DNA from: Monocercomonoides exilis PA203
Lineage: Eukaryota; Protista; Preaxostyla
Direction of reading: 5' to 3'
Length of the DNA: 64,000 nucleotides
NCBI GenBank assembly: GCA_001643675.2
Contig: LSRY02000018.1
Coordinates: forward strand, 372,001 to 436,000
Part shown: in pieces, positions 1-10,060 of the stretch
Numbering within the stretch: the first letter of the stretch is position 1
How the letters are laid out: each line of letters opens with the position of its first letter
The notes under the pieces: model-generated
Told to the model about the DNA's origin: nothing
The model's input: only the letters and a program-made list of their open reading frames with translations
Databases searched by the model: none
Program-made: the position numbers and the translations under genes

Positions 1-2
1 TT

Positions 3-3000
3 GAGGGAGGGATTGTTAGTGGAACAGAAGGATCTGGTTCATTTTTGTGCAACAATTGCACATTTGTTCAGAATGAAAGAATGGATCAGAAAATGAGAAA
101 CACAGAAAGAAATTCGACAACTGAGACGCAGACCTATGAGAACGCTGAATGGAATGGATGTTTGGCTGAGTGTGGCGGAGCATTGTATGTGCATGACAAC
201 TCGAGTGCAACACTAAATATAAAGAATTCATCATTCACCAGTTGTGAAGCAACAAAGACATTCGGAGGAGGAATTTTTGGTATAAATATTTCTGAAATGC
301 TTGTAAATAATAGCATATTTGATAAATGTAAATGTGCAATGCTTACAGGAGATGGAGGAGGGGGAGGATTGAGTTGTCGCCAGATTGGAATTCAAGCATT
401 GGCATCTCATTGTCTTTTCAAAGAATGCTGCTCAGGAAATGATGGAGGAGGATTGAGTATTTGGCTTTGTGTATGCAACAAGCAGGACGTCTGTATTATG
501 GACTGTTTGTTTGACAATTGCTGCGGAAACAATGGAAACAGCTCATGTGGAGGTGGTTGTGATGTTGTGAACACAAGTTCAAGAAAATGTTGTCAATCGT
601 GTTGCTTTATGAATTGCTGTTCAAAAGGAGGAGGTGGCGGAATATGTGTGAACTTTTACAATACCTATCATGAAATGCAGTTATATTTCTGTTTTTTTCA
701 CAACAACACAGCTCAATTTGGAGGTCATGATGTTGTTTTATATCAAGCAACACAAAATCAAATTGATGAAACGTGCATTTCAACTCGAATGACAGATAAC
801 AGAGTTTCATCACAATGGGAATCAATTGAAGATAAAAGTTATTGGTTGAAAAATTCCGGGGGAAGAATAAGATATGTTAGTTGTTCAAAAAGTGATAACA
901 ATGCTAAAGATGCAAACTTTTGTGGCTTTCATGAAACATATCCATGTGCAACAATCAGTCATTGTCTGACTCAAATGATTGTGGGGTTTGTGGAGGAAAT
1001 CAAGGTGTTGAATGGAACAGTTGTGGAAGGCAAAGGAGTTGATGTTGGGGAGACAACGATCTCTCTGAATGGAATTTTGCCATCTGGCTCAGCCATTGAA
1101 ACGAAATTTGAATCAAATGGACTGAATTTGTTTTGTGTTGGAACTGGGAAATTGGTTATGAGCGATCTGTCTGTGATTCACAATTCTTCATTTGAAAACA
1201 ACAGACAATGCAGATTGTTTGAGGTTCAAGGGTCTGGAGGGATCAATTTAGAGAGAATGAATATTTCGATGGATTCAGCTCATTCAGAAGAGGGGAGCAT
1301 TCAGAATTCACTTGTGAAGATGGAAGGGGGAAGTTTGAAGATGAAAGATGTGAGATGGGGACAAACATTCAGCACCACAAGTGTGATATCTCTGTCTCAA
1401 GGATCGTCTGTTTCGTTGACTCTGGAAAACTGCACATTCAACAACATTGTGAGAACAACAGTCGGATCATCGCTGATGAATGTGGGTGAAGAGTTACATT
1501 CAATAACTCTTGATGGATGCACGATTGATGGCTGTGGGAGTGAAGACTCTGATTTTGGAGGAGGCATGATGGTTGAAATGGAAAGTGGGAATATATTTAG
1601 TATGAAAGGAGGTGTTGTGAAGAACTGCTATGCCTCAGCCACTCAAGGGAGAGGAGGAGGGATTGGGCTGAAAGTGAAAGACACAAATGCAGAGTTTCTA
1701 ATTTCATCAGTATTTGAAGGAAATCGAGCAAAATTTGGGAGCGATATTTTTGTTGATTCGATCGATCTGGAGTCAACAGCAACAAGTGGGAAAATTGCCT
1801 CGTTAGCACCCTCATTTGATACAAAGAGCAAGATGCAAGGATTCAACAATGGAGATGAATCAGCTCCAATTCCGCTATGCGTTTATCTGATTCCTTTGCC
1901 AGAAGAGATTGTTGTGAGCAATGTTGATGCTTTTGACAATTCTTATTGTGGATATGCTGAAATTCCGTGTCTGACTCTGAAGCATTGCTTGACAAGGCAA
2001 GAAGAAGAAAAGAAGATTGTTATCTTTGGGATGGCGGAAGTGAACAGTGAGCTGACATTTGACTCCTTAAAACACACAATCAGAGGGAAAGATGGAAACA
2101 GTGGATGGAATGTTAACAGTGATTCGAATGGAGAAAAAGATAACATGATTACAGTCAGTGCAAATGCGAATATGAGCTCACTTATTTTTTCTGTTCCTTC
2201 TGTTCTCCAAAGTCATGAAACATTCTTCAGTTCCGCATCACATTCATTTTCGCTTGAAAGCTGCTCACTGAATTTTCAAGACCCTCAGTCAGCGTTGTCT
2301 TTTGTATTTTTGTCCGTACCAGCAGGTGAGGTTTCTGTTTCATCCTTTGTTGTATTGCACTTGACTATTGGGAATTGTCCGTTGATAAGTGTTGATGGAA
2401 GCAATGCTGCTGGTACATTCACTTCCCTGAGTGTTGAGGATATAAGCTCGACAGCTAATGGTGTTTTGTTTGGAGTGGTGAATGGAGCATCTTTTTCAAT
2501 TGAAGATTCAACGCTTTCAGTTAAATCATCCTCACAAACAGAAGTACAAGCAGCAGGATCAATTCGAGTGATTTCAACAAATTCAGCAAAGTTGCTGAAG
2601 CTCACAAACAATACAATGAGCGGATTCAAAGGAGATGGAGGAAACGGAGGTGCAATTGAATGCACGCTTGGGAGAGATTGCGAACAGGAAATAGTTGGAG
2701 GAATGATATCTTTATGTGAGAGCAATGGAGGAAATGGAGGAGGATTGTGGGTTGAAATGAAAGAAGGATCATCATTCACCGTGGGTAATATAACGGATGC
2801 TGACAATAAACAAGAGACGACTTCAAATGATGAAGGCAATGTGCTCCAGCTTTTGAGATGCAAGGCAATACAAACAGTAGATGGAGAGCACGGATATGGA
2901 GGAGGGATTTATCTTCATTTGGATGATGGTGCGAGTTCATTCATTTTGAAGGATGTGTCATTTTCTGGATGCGATGCCAGACATGGGAAAGAAGTCTTCA

Positions 3001-6000
3001 TCAATGCAAATGATCTTTCGAGTGTGATTGACAGAAGATCGATTGGATTTGAAGTTGATTTGGATGATTTGACGAAGCTAAATGGGTTTGAGAAATCAAC
3101 GCTGAATGAAACATTTGCAATACCGCTTGTGGTGTATCTGTGGAACAACTTTTCAGCTCCAGCGTTTGTGGGAGGATCTTTTATCTATGATTTTTCGATG
3201 TGTGGATATGAAGCATTTCCGTGTTCGACTATTTTAAAGGCAGTATCACTCCACTTTGAAGGGAAGAAAAAGGATATCTCAATTTGTGAGCCATTTTCAT
3301 TTGATGAGGAATTGGATTTGACTTCAAACGAATGGAGCATCAATGGAAAGGAGAAAAGAATAAAATGTGAAGTTTCTGAACAGAAAGAGGGAGCACAAAA
3401 TGGACTGATTGAAAGCTCAGTCAGTGTGTTTGTGGCTGGAATTATCTTTTCTTTGAAGAAATCACTGACTAATCATGAAAGTGTGTTTCAGTGTCATTCA
3501 AAGAAACTCACATTGAGCAATTGTGGGATGGAAGGAGGGACTGAGACTGTTTCGACTGTGTTTGTGAAGGCTGTTGGAGGGGTTGTGGAGGTGAGTGAGT
3601 TTGGATCAGAGAATATGAAAATTGGAGATTCATCATTTTTCGTTGTTGAAGGTCATTCTGGAAGTATTCCTTCGATGAATATGACGAAGAGTGATTTTTC
3701 AGAAATCACATTTGCTGATGGGTGTGTTGTTGAGCGCCACGAGGGGATTATTGAAGAGATGTCGGGATGTATGTTTTCATCGATCACTCGTTCGAAGGGA
3801 AGTGGAGGATGCATCAGCATTGCAAACAATGAGGATGATGATGGAAGAGATTTCAAAGTGGAAATAGATGACTGTACATTTGATGGATGTGCTGTTGAAG
3901 AAGAGGAAAATGAGATTGGAGGCGGTGCACTCTTTTGTGAGGCATCTTCAAAAACGAATCTTTTGATTAATTTGTGTAAGTTTTATTGTTGCACAGCACC
4001 AAATGAAGGGAATAGAGTTGGATATGGAGGAGGAATAATGTTGAACTTGTTGAATGAAAAAGAAGCAGTATTTGTAATATCCTCACCAACTTTTTCGTAT
4101 GATAAGCCAAACAATGCAAAATATGGAAAAGACCTGTTTGTTTCATCTCCATCACTTATCAACAGCATCAAAAACGAAACACTTCCATTTGTGAAAGATA
4201 GATTGGAGATGCTGACCGAAGACTCGATGAGAGGGTATGATGGAGAAAACAGAGAGTGTGCAATTCCACTGATCTATTTCTGGAAAGAGATTGGTTCGAA
4301 TGTACTTGTTGCAAGAGGAGGAAATAATGTGGTTGTATGTGGACTATATGAGTTTCCGTGTGAATCTGTTGATTATGGCATGAAGAGAGGGAGTAGTTTG
4401 GGGATTGAGTCGATTGTCATTCAAAGGACTTGTGATGTGAGGAGTAAAATGCGTGTGAATGGGATGAGGCTGGAAGGAACAAATGGCGAAACAGACAAAA
4501 TCCAATTTATTCAAACACTTGAAGGGGATGAGGATGTTGTTGTAGAGTGTAAAGGGATTGTTCGATTCAAAGAAGTGGGAATTCTGATTCCCAGTGCCTT
4601 TGACAACGAGGCAAATATCCTCATCTGGATGGGAACTGATTCAATCAAAACGACTATTGTGTGCTGTTCTATTCACATGAATGACAATGCTGAGGGTGAA
4701 TTGACATTTGGATTGGTAAGTGCCACAAAAGGAATTGTTGAGATCGAAAAGACAAACATAGTTGGATTCTCAACGATGAATGAGATAATGAACATATCAG
4801 TTGGATGTGCGATAACGATGAACGATGTAGCTTTTGAAGATATTTCTTTGAGTGGGAAAAGTGCCCTGACAATGAGTGAAAGTGTGATTTCCAAAAGTGG
4901 AAATGATAATTCAGAAGAAATATGGAATGTTGTGTTTGAGCAATGCACATTTACGAATGTGAAAAATAATTTAACAAACAACCCTTCACTGCTTTTCTGT
5001 GATGTGACAAATGAAGTGAGATTGAAAATGGAGAATTCCACAATTGATGAATGTGGATCGGCAAACTCGAATGAAGGAGGAGGATTGTTTTTCCTTCTCA
5101 ATGAAAGATGGAGCTTGGAAATGAATAGCACAAATGTTACAGACTGCTTCTGTTCGAACAATGGGAGAGGAGGAGGATTGTTTTTAAAAACACAAAGTGT
5201 TGCAAAGAAGGCATTGCCATTTGTGCTGTCGAACATCACATTCAAGGTGAATGTTGCACTGAAAGGTAGAGATGTGTTTGTGAAGTGCACAGACCTTGAC
5301 TCGCAGATAAGTGAATCACAGTTCCTGATAAACTTTGGGGAGCCGTTTGTGAAGGAGCTGGCGATATGGGGATGCACATCAGATGATTATGGGGATGAAG
5401 AGGATCTGCTGGGAAGGGTGTATGTGTTCAGGAGCGAATTCATATTTGTGTCTTCTATTGTGGGAAACAACAGCAACAGCAAGAATTGTGGGGAAATGAA
5501 GAGTGCATGCTCATCGTTGAACGTTGGTGTGAGCCACGTTATTCCTTCAGATTATTCTCAACTATATATCTGGAATGAGACAACACTAACTGGTTCATGC
5601 TCGGCTGAGAAGGTGACAATCAAATCGATGGAGGCAAGCAGGAATGCTGAGATAAAAGTGAATGAGGTCGATTTGGCTGATGAAGGAGCTTTGACAACTT
5701 CAGAGTATGTTCGACTTGAGAAAGTGTTGTTTTTTTTTGATGGGGCACAGAATGTTGCTTGTTCGTGTTTAATTCACCAATTGAATGGATCTCTTATTCT
5801 GGAATCTGTTTCGTTCAAATCAGAGAGCAGAACAACAGAGAATTTTCAAACCATTTTCAGTTTTTCTCTAATCGCTGTTGAAAATGGGATATTTGAGGTG
5901 GAAAAGTGCGATGTTAGTCATTTGAAATTCTCGAAGCCTATGTTCCAGATATTGATTTCAGAAAGAGCAACATTTGAAGATCTGACTGTTTGCAATGTCC

Positions 6001-8387
6001 AATGCAAGAGTTCGGTAATTGAATGTAGAAAGAACGAGAAAGTGATGATTTCAAAGTTGTCAGCCACAAATATCTCTTTGCAAAATGAAAGTCTAATTTC
6101 ATTTGAAAATGACCATTCTTCACTCGTTTTATCTTTGACGTTATCATCATTCTCAAACATCAGCCTGTTGTCTACTGGGTCTTGCATTGCTTGTACAACT
6201 CAACACATGACTAACTTCGAGATGTGCAACTGCTCTTTTCATGAGTGCACATCAGAGTCATCAAAGGGAAGCCAAGTGGCGATAGCATTGGTAGAGGAGA
6301 TATTTATCGAATCGTGTTTATTTGAAGGGAATCTTGCTTCAGGAACAGAAAGGAATGAGATTTCTGATGAAGTGTGCCAATGGAATGGGTCAGTTGTTGA
6401 CTTGTCGATGAGTGAAGCAGTTGTGAGAGACACCACGATTTGCAACTCATCGAAGGGAGGAATGAGTGCGAGTGGAGGATCTGTGACGATTGTGAAAGGG
6501 GAGTTTGTAAATAACAATCCTTCGATTGCAAATTACATATCATTGAAAAGAAACATTATCTGTTCAGATTCTGGAACATTGAATGTGATGAGTTTGAAAG
6601 GAGGAGATGGACTGTTGTCAAACACATCACTTTGGATTCTGAATGAAGGATGCAATTTAGAGGGAATTATTTCTGAAAGGGTATTTCCATTCTTCATTCC
6701 AGTGTTGGAGAGCGTGGAAGCAAAAGAAGAGGCAGATAGAATGAAACTGACATTCAAAGGGATGCTTCTTGTTCCATGCAACTTGTCATTCGCAGTTATG
6801 AAGAGAAAAGGAGAAGAGAAAGAGATTGAAAAACATGATTTTGATTCAAATGGATTCCTGTCAGAAAGAGAAGTTGAAGGAAGTGTGGAAAAAGATCTCA
6901 TCAGCAGTTGTGGAGATGATGTTGAGGTGAGTGTGTGCGTTCTGTTTGGGGATGCAGAGTCTCCTTCATCAACACAGTCATTTATTCTGAAGAATGCAAG
7001 TGAAACAAATCAAAAAGATGATGAAAAGATTGTTGAAGGAGGAAAAGGAGGAAAAGAAGGTAAATCCTATTGGTTGTTGATTGTGATTATCATGGCAGTT
7101 ATTCTTGTGATTGTTCTTATCGTTGCAGTTGCATTTATTGTTCGATGGAGGAAAGCAAAGAATGAGAATAAAGATCTGAGAGAGATTGTGAACGATAACA
7201 TCAGAAAAGATCCGAAACTGATCGAGATGGTGACGATGGAGATGTCGCCTGAGGAGCAGTGGAGGAGAGCTGAGAGGGAGGCAGAGAAGAAGAATGAAGA
7301 GAGGATAAAGAAGAGGGTGTATGCGAAAAGCTTAGGACACTCTGAATCATCGGAGCATCTTCTTTCTGAAAGCGGATCAACTGAATACATTTTGGGAAGA
7401 GACTCAGACAAGATTCCTCAATGGATGCTGGAGAAAGTTGAAGATGATGAAGAGACAAGAAAGAGAACACCATCACCATCGATCTCATCAACTTCAACAA
7501 CTGATTCAGATTCCACATTTATCCGACCAGAGAGCATGTGTCCAACCACCTCATCGATGTCGAATCTGGTGGATGCCATGGCCTGTTCATCCCCTTTTGA
7601 GAAGCTGATTGTGGACTTGAGAGATTCACTGTTCATGCTGCTTCATGGGCTGAATAAGACAAAGGAAATGCCGATTGGAACTCTGCAGGAGAGAGAGCAG
7701 ACAGCTTCCCAGGTCTTGTTCTGGGTGGCTAATCTCTCTCTTCATTCATTTGATGAAATGGAAAACAAGCTTCAGTCATTGGCCAATTTGAGTCCTCACA
7801 TTGTATTGTTCTCCGAACACATGGTGATCTGCATTGTGATGCATTCGGACTTGTTGCCAGATGATGATTCAGATTCCTCATCCATTTCATCATCAACTGT
7901 TGTAACATCTGTCAGTGATGATGATGATGAATCCCTTCCTTCATCTGCCTTTGAGGATGAGGGAATTCTCAAAAAAGAGTGTCTGAGGTGGAAGGCGCCA
8001 GAGCTGCAGATGAACAAGAAGATGGGGGCAACAAAGAAGTCGGTTGTGTTCTCGATTGGGATGATGCTGTGGGAGTGTCTGACGCTGCATATCCCGTTTG
8101 GGGAATATGAGGCAGAGACAGCTGGTGAGAAGATAAAGAATGGGGAGAGGCCGAACATAGGAGTGATTGAGACAAGCGGTTTTATTGAGACGACGAAAGC
8201 ATGTGTGAAGCTGCAGGCAAACAACAGACCCACACTTGTGGAGCTGAAGCGAGAATTCTTCGGGCACTTCCCGAAAGAAGCGGTGGCTTTAACAGTGTCT
8301 GATGCAGTCAATGATGAAAAGCTTACGGATGCAACTGGAGGAAGTGATGTTTTGAGCGGTAGCTGGTGCGATGCATCATTTATGTAG
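3..8387 (+). CDS. Giant single-pass surface/receptor-like protein: Cys/Gly-rich repeat ectodomain, TM helix, degenerate TKL-like kinase C-lobe; 5' end lies outside the window
   Basis: Frame is open from nt 3 (EGGIVSGTEGSGSFLCNNC...). Repeated GGG/'C..GRGGG' and 'CG....PC.S' modules, TM 'WLLIVIIMAVILVIVLIVAVAFIV' followed by RWRK, kinase C-lobe motifs RWKAPE, SVVFSIGMMLWE, IPF, RP. Confidence 0.85.
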   Translation, partial: EGGIVSGTEGSGSFLCNNCTFVQNERMDQKMRNTERNSTTETQTYENAEWNGCLAECGGALYVHDNSSATLNIKNSSFTSCEATKTFGGGIFGINISEMLVNNSIFDKCKCAMLTGDGGGGGLSCRQIGIQALASHCLFKECCSGNDGGGLSIWLCVCNKQDVCIMDCLFDNCCGNNGNSSCGGGCDVVNTSSRKCCQSCCFMNCCSKGGGGGICVNFYNTYHEMQLYFCFFHNNTAQFGGHDVVLYQATQNQIDETCISTRMTDNRVSSQWESIEDKSYWLKNSGGRIRYVSCSKSDNNAKDANFCGFHETYPCATISHCLTQMIVGFVEEIKVLNGTVVEGKGVDVGETTISLNGILPSGSAIETKFESNGLNLFCVGTGKLVMSDLSVIHNSSFENNRQCRLFEVQGSGGINLERMNISMDSAHSEEGSIQNSLVKMEGGSLKMKDVRWGQTFSTTSVISLSQGSSVSLTLENCTFNNIVRTTVGSSLMNVGEELHSITLDGCTIDGCGSEDSDFGGGMMVEMESGNIFSMKGGVVKNCYASATQGRGGGIGLKVKDTNAEFLISSVFEGNRAKFGSDIFVDSIDLESTATSGKIASLAPSFDTKSKMQGFNNGDESAPIPLCVYLIPLPEEIVVSNVDAFDNSYCGYAEIPCLTLKHCLTRQEEEKKIVIFGMAEVNSELTFDSLKHTIRGKDGNSGWNVNSDSNGEKDNMITVSANANMSSLIFSVPSVLQSHETFFSSASHSFSLESCSLNFQDPQSALSFVFLSVPAGEVSVSSFVVLHLTIGNCPLISVDGSNAAGTFTSLSVEDISSTANGVLFGVVNGASFSIEDSTLSVKSSSQTEVQAAGSIRVISTNSAKLLKLTNNTMSGFKGDGGNGGAIECTLGRDCEQEIVGGMISLCESNGGNGGGLWVEMKEGSSFTVGNITDADNKQETTSNDEGNVLQLLRCKAIQTVDGEHGYGGGIYLHLDDGASSFILKDVSFSGCDARHGKEVFINANDLSSVIDRRSIGFEVDLDDLTKLNGFEKSTLNETFAIPLVVYLWNNFSAPAFVGGSFIYDFSMCGYEAFPCSTILKAVSLHFEGKKKDISICEPFSFDEELDLTSNEWSINGKEKRIKCEVSEQKEGAQNGLIESSVSVFVAGIIFSLKKSLTNHESVFQCHSKKLTLSNCGMEGGTETVSTVFVKAVGGVVEVSEFGSENMKIGDSSFFVVEGHSGSIPSMNMTKSDFSEITFADGCVVERHEGIIEEMSGCMFSSITRSKGSGGCISIANNEDDDGRDFKVEIDDCTFDGCAVEEEENEIGGGALFCEASSKTNLLINLCKFYCCTAPNEGNRVGYGGGIMLNLLNEKEAVFVISSPTFSYDKPNNAKYGKDLFVSSPSLINSIKNETLPFVKDRLEMLTEDSMRGYDGENRECAIPLIYFWKEIGSNVLVARGGNNVVVCGLYEFPCESVDYGMKRGSSLGIESIVIQRTCDVRSKMRVNGMRLEGTNGETDKIQFIQTLEGDEDVVVECKGIVRFKEVGILIPSAFDNEANILIWMGTDSIKTTIVCCSIHMNDNAEGELTFGLVSATKGIVEIEKTNIVGFSTMNEIMNISVGCAITMNDVAFEDISLSGKSALTMSESVISKSGNDNSEEIWNVVFEQCTFTNVKNNLTNNPSLLFCDVTNEVRLKMENSTIDECGSANSNEGGGLFFLLNERWSLEMNSTNVTDCFCSNNGRGGGLFLKTQSVAKKALPFVLSNITFKVNVALKGRDVFVKCTDLDSQISESQFLINFGEPFVKELAIWGCTSDDYGDEEDLLGRVYVFRSEFIFVSSIVGNNSNSKNCGEMKSACSSLNVGVSHVIPSDYSQLYIWNETTLTGSCSAEKVTIKSMEASRNAEIKVNEVDLADEGALTTSEYVRLEKVLFFFDGAQNVACSCLIHQLNGSLILESVSFKSESRTTENFQTIFSFSLIAVENGIFEVEKCDVSHLKFSKPMFQILISERATFEDLTVCNVQCKSSVIECRKNEKVMISKLSATNISLQNESLISFENDHSSLVLSLTLSSFSNISLLSTGSCIACTTQHMTNFEMCNCSFHECTSESSKGSQVAIALVEEIFIESCLFEGNLASGTERNEISDEVCQWNGSVVDLSMSEAVVRDTTICNSSKGGMSASGGSVTIVKGEFVNNNPSIANYISLKRNIICSDSGTLNVMSLKGGDGLLSNTSLWILNEGCNLEGIISERVFPFFIPVLESVEAKEEADRMKLTFKGMLLVPCNLSFAVMKRKGEEKEIEKHDFDSNGFLSEREVEGSVEKDLISSCGDDVEVSVCVLFGDAESPSSTQSFILKNASETNQKDDEKIVEGGKGGKEGKSYWLLIVIIMAVILVIVLIVAVAFIVRWRKAKNENKDLREIVNDNIRKDPKLIEMVTMEMSPEEQWRRAEREAEKKNEERIKKRVYAKSLGHSESSEHLLSESGSTEYILGRDSDKIPQWMLEKVEDDEETRKRTPSPSISSTSTTDSDSTFIRPESMCPTTSSMSNLVDAMACSSPFEKLIVDLRDSLFMLLHGLNKTKEMPIGTLQEREQTASQVLFWVANLSLHSFDEMENKLQSLANLSPHIVLFSEHMVICIVMHSDLLPDDDSDSSSISSSTVVTSVSDDDDESLPSSAFEDEGILKKECLRWKAPELQMNKKMGATKKSVVFSIGMMLWECLTLHIPFGEYEAETAGEKIKNGERPNIGVIETSGFIETTKACVKLQANNRPTLVELKREFFGHFPKEAVALTVSDAVNDEKLTDATGGSDVLSGSWCDASFM

Positions 8388-9098
8388 TTCTTGTTTGAGT
8401 TGTTGAAGTAGAATTCTAATGTGAGAAAGGATGTGAATGAAATCTTCGAATTAGTTAACAAAAGCATTGAACGTTTGAAAGAAAAGATTTACTAATTCAG
8501 AGTGAGTGAGAATCGGAATTGTGGTGGCGTTCTGAAATAGAAATGAATGTTTTGTTATTGTGAGAGTTAGACAATTGCATTGATGTTCTTTTGTTGTGGT
8601 TTCCGAATCGCATGATAAATGAAAACAGTTGATCATCATGATGATTGGGTGTTAGTATTTATTGAATTTTTAATTCAAATGAAATAAAAAATTAATTGTC
8701 TATTATGCATTTGAAACATAAAAATTTATCTGAGTGAAATTAAAAATGACGAAACTTGAATATGAATTTTATTTTTTCGTTATAATTCTCAAATAAAAAA
8801 TAATTATTTGTTTTTGGAACAATCATGAGAAGAGCGAGAATGAACTCAAACACCTGAAGAAAAAGTATCGAACAGAAAATGATTCGAAATCATTAAAGAT
8901 TCTTGAATAATTAAGTAATATTCACAAAATGTACCAAAATGAAAACAGAAATAAATGATGAATTTATGCGAAAATTGTTTGTTTCATTTTTAATTAATCA
9001 AATTTTGTTCAATTTCTTTAGACTAAAATTTTTAATTTTTCGATGAGCATTCAACGTCAAAAGAAAATCATCAAAAAACCCACAAACGGTGAATATAT

Positions 9099-9353
9099 GG
9101 GTGATCATTTTTGAAATCATATTTTTTCATTCATAAATTTCGGTTCGAAAAATACACTTTTTCAATAATCAATGAACACTGAAAAGTGCCTAGGCTCATT
9201 CAAGACATATTCATCTTTATTTCAGATAACATATTTGTTTGTGAAACAGAAATGATAATCTTAGCATTTAAATACAAAATCTCTTCCCAAAAACTAACAA
9301 TTTTTGAATAATCATCACCCAGAAAAAAGTTATGATTTCAAAAATAATCACTC
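9099..9353. mobile_element. MITE family A (GGG...CYC termini, 4-bp TSD), copy 1, 255 bp
   Basis: TIR GGGTGATCATTTTTGAAATCATA / TATGATTTCAAAAATAATCACTC, flanked by ATAT on both sides. Confidence 0.9.
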
Positions 9354-9600
9354 ATATGTCTAACTTTTTTTGAAAAGTTTTTTTTGTTTAATTTTCAAAT
9401 AATATAACAATTTCATATTACTATTAAATTTCTGTTCCCACTCACCAAATTTCGCTTTCATGAAAACAATATTTCGACAACGTTTTTATTTCCATTTTTG
9501 TGAAGTTTCGTGAGTGGGAACAGAAATTCGATTAAAAATATGAAATTTTATGTGAAATTGGAAAATTTTTCTAAAGGAACTTTTTATAAAAATTTAGACA
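9354..9600. repeat. Decayed relative of the 31.5-kb foldback element (central hairpin)
   Basis: Inverted repeat AATTTCTGTTCCCACTCAC...GTGAGTGGGAACAGAAATT; loop (CATGAAAACAA...CCATTT..GTGAAGTTT) and flanks align by eye with 31660-31900. Confidence 0.65.
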
Positions 9601-9624
9601 ATTTTCTCACAAAAATTAATAATT

Positions 9625-9882
9625 GGGTGATTATTTTTGTAGTCATATTTTTTCATACAAAAAATTCAGTGCAAAAATATTTCTTGAATATCAATTAAAA
9701 ATAATATGAAAAGTGAAAAGGTTTATTGAACACATTTTAATCTTCAATTCGGAAAAAACATTTATTTCAAAATACAATTATCATGCTTTTTCTCTTTAGT
9801 ATTAAAATTTTCTTTCAAAAAACCAACAGTCATTGAAAAGTCAACACCCCGGAAAAAGATATGATTTTAAAAATAATCACCC
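9625..9882. mobile_element. MITE family A copy 2, 258 bp
   Basis: Same TIRs, TSD AATT; near-identical reverse complement of 11195-11452. Confidence 0.92.
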
Positions 9883-10060
9883 AATTACAGATATTCATTT
9901 TTCCACAGATGTTAAAGAATAAATAGACAAAAGATTACAAAATTTTTTATCGCAATTCGGAGAGGGTCATCTTTTTATTGGAACTTTATTCTTTATTGGC
10001 ACCAAAAATTATTTTAAAAAAAATGAAAAACACATCAATATAATACAAAACTTTAATCAA

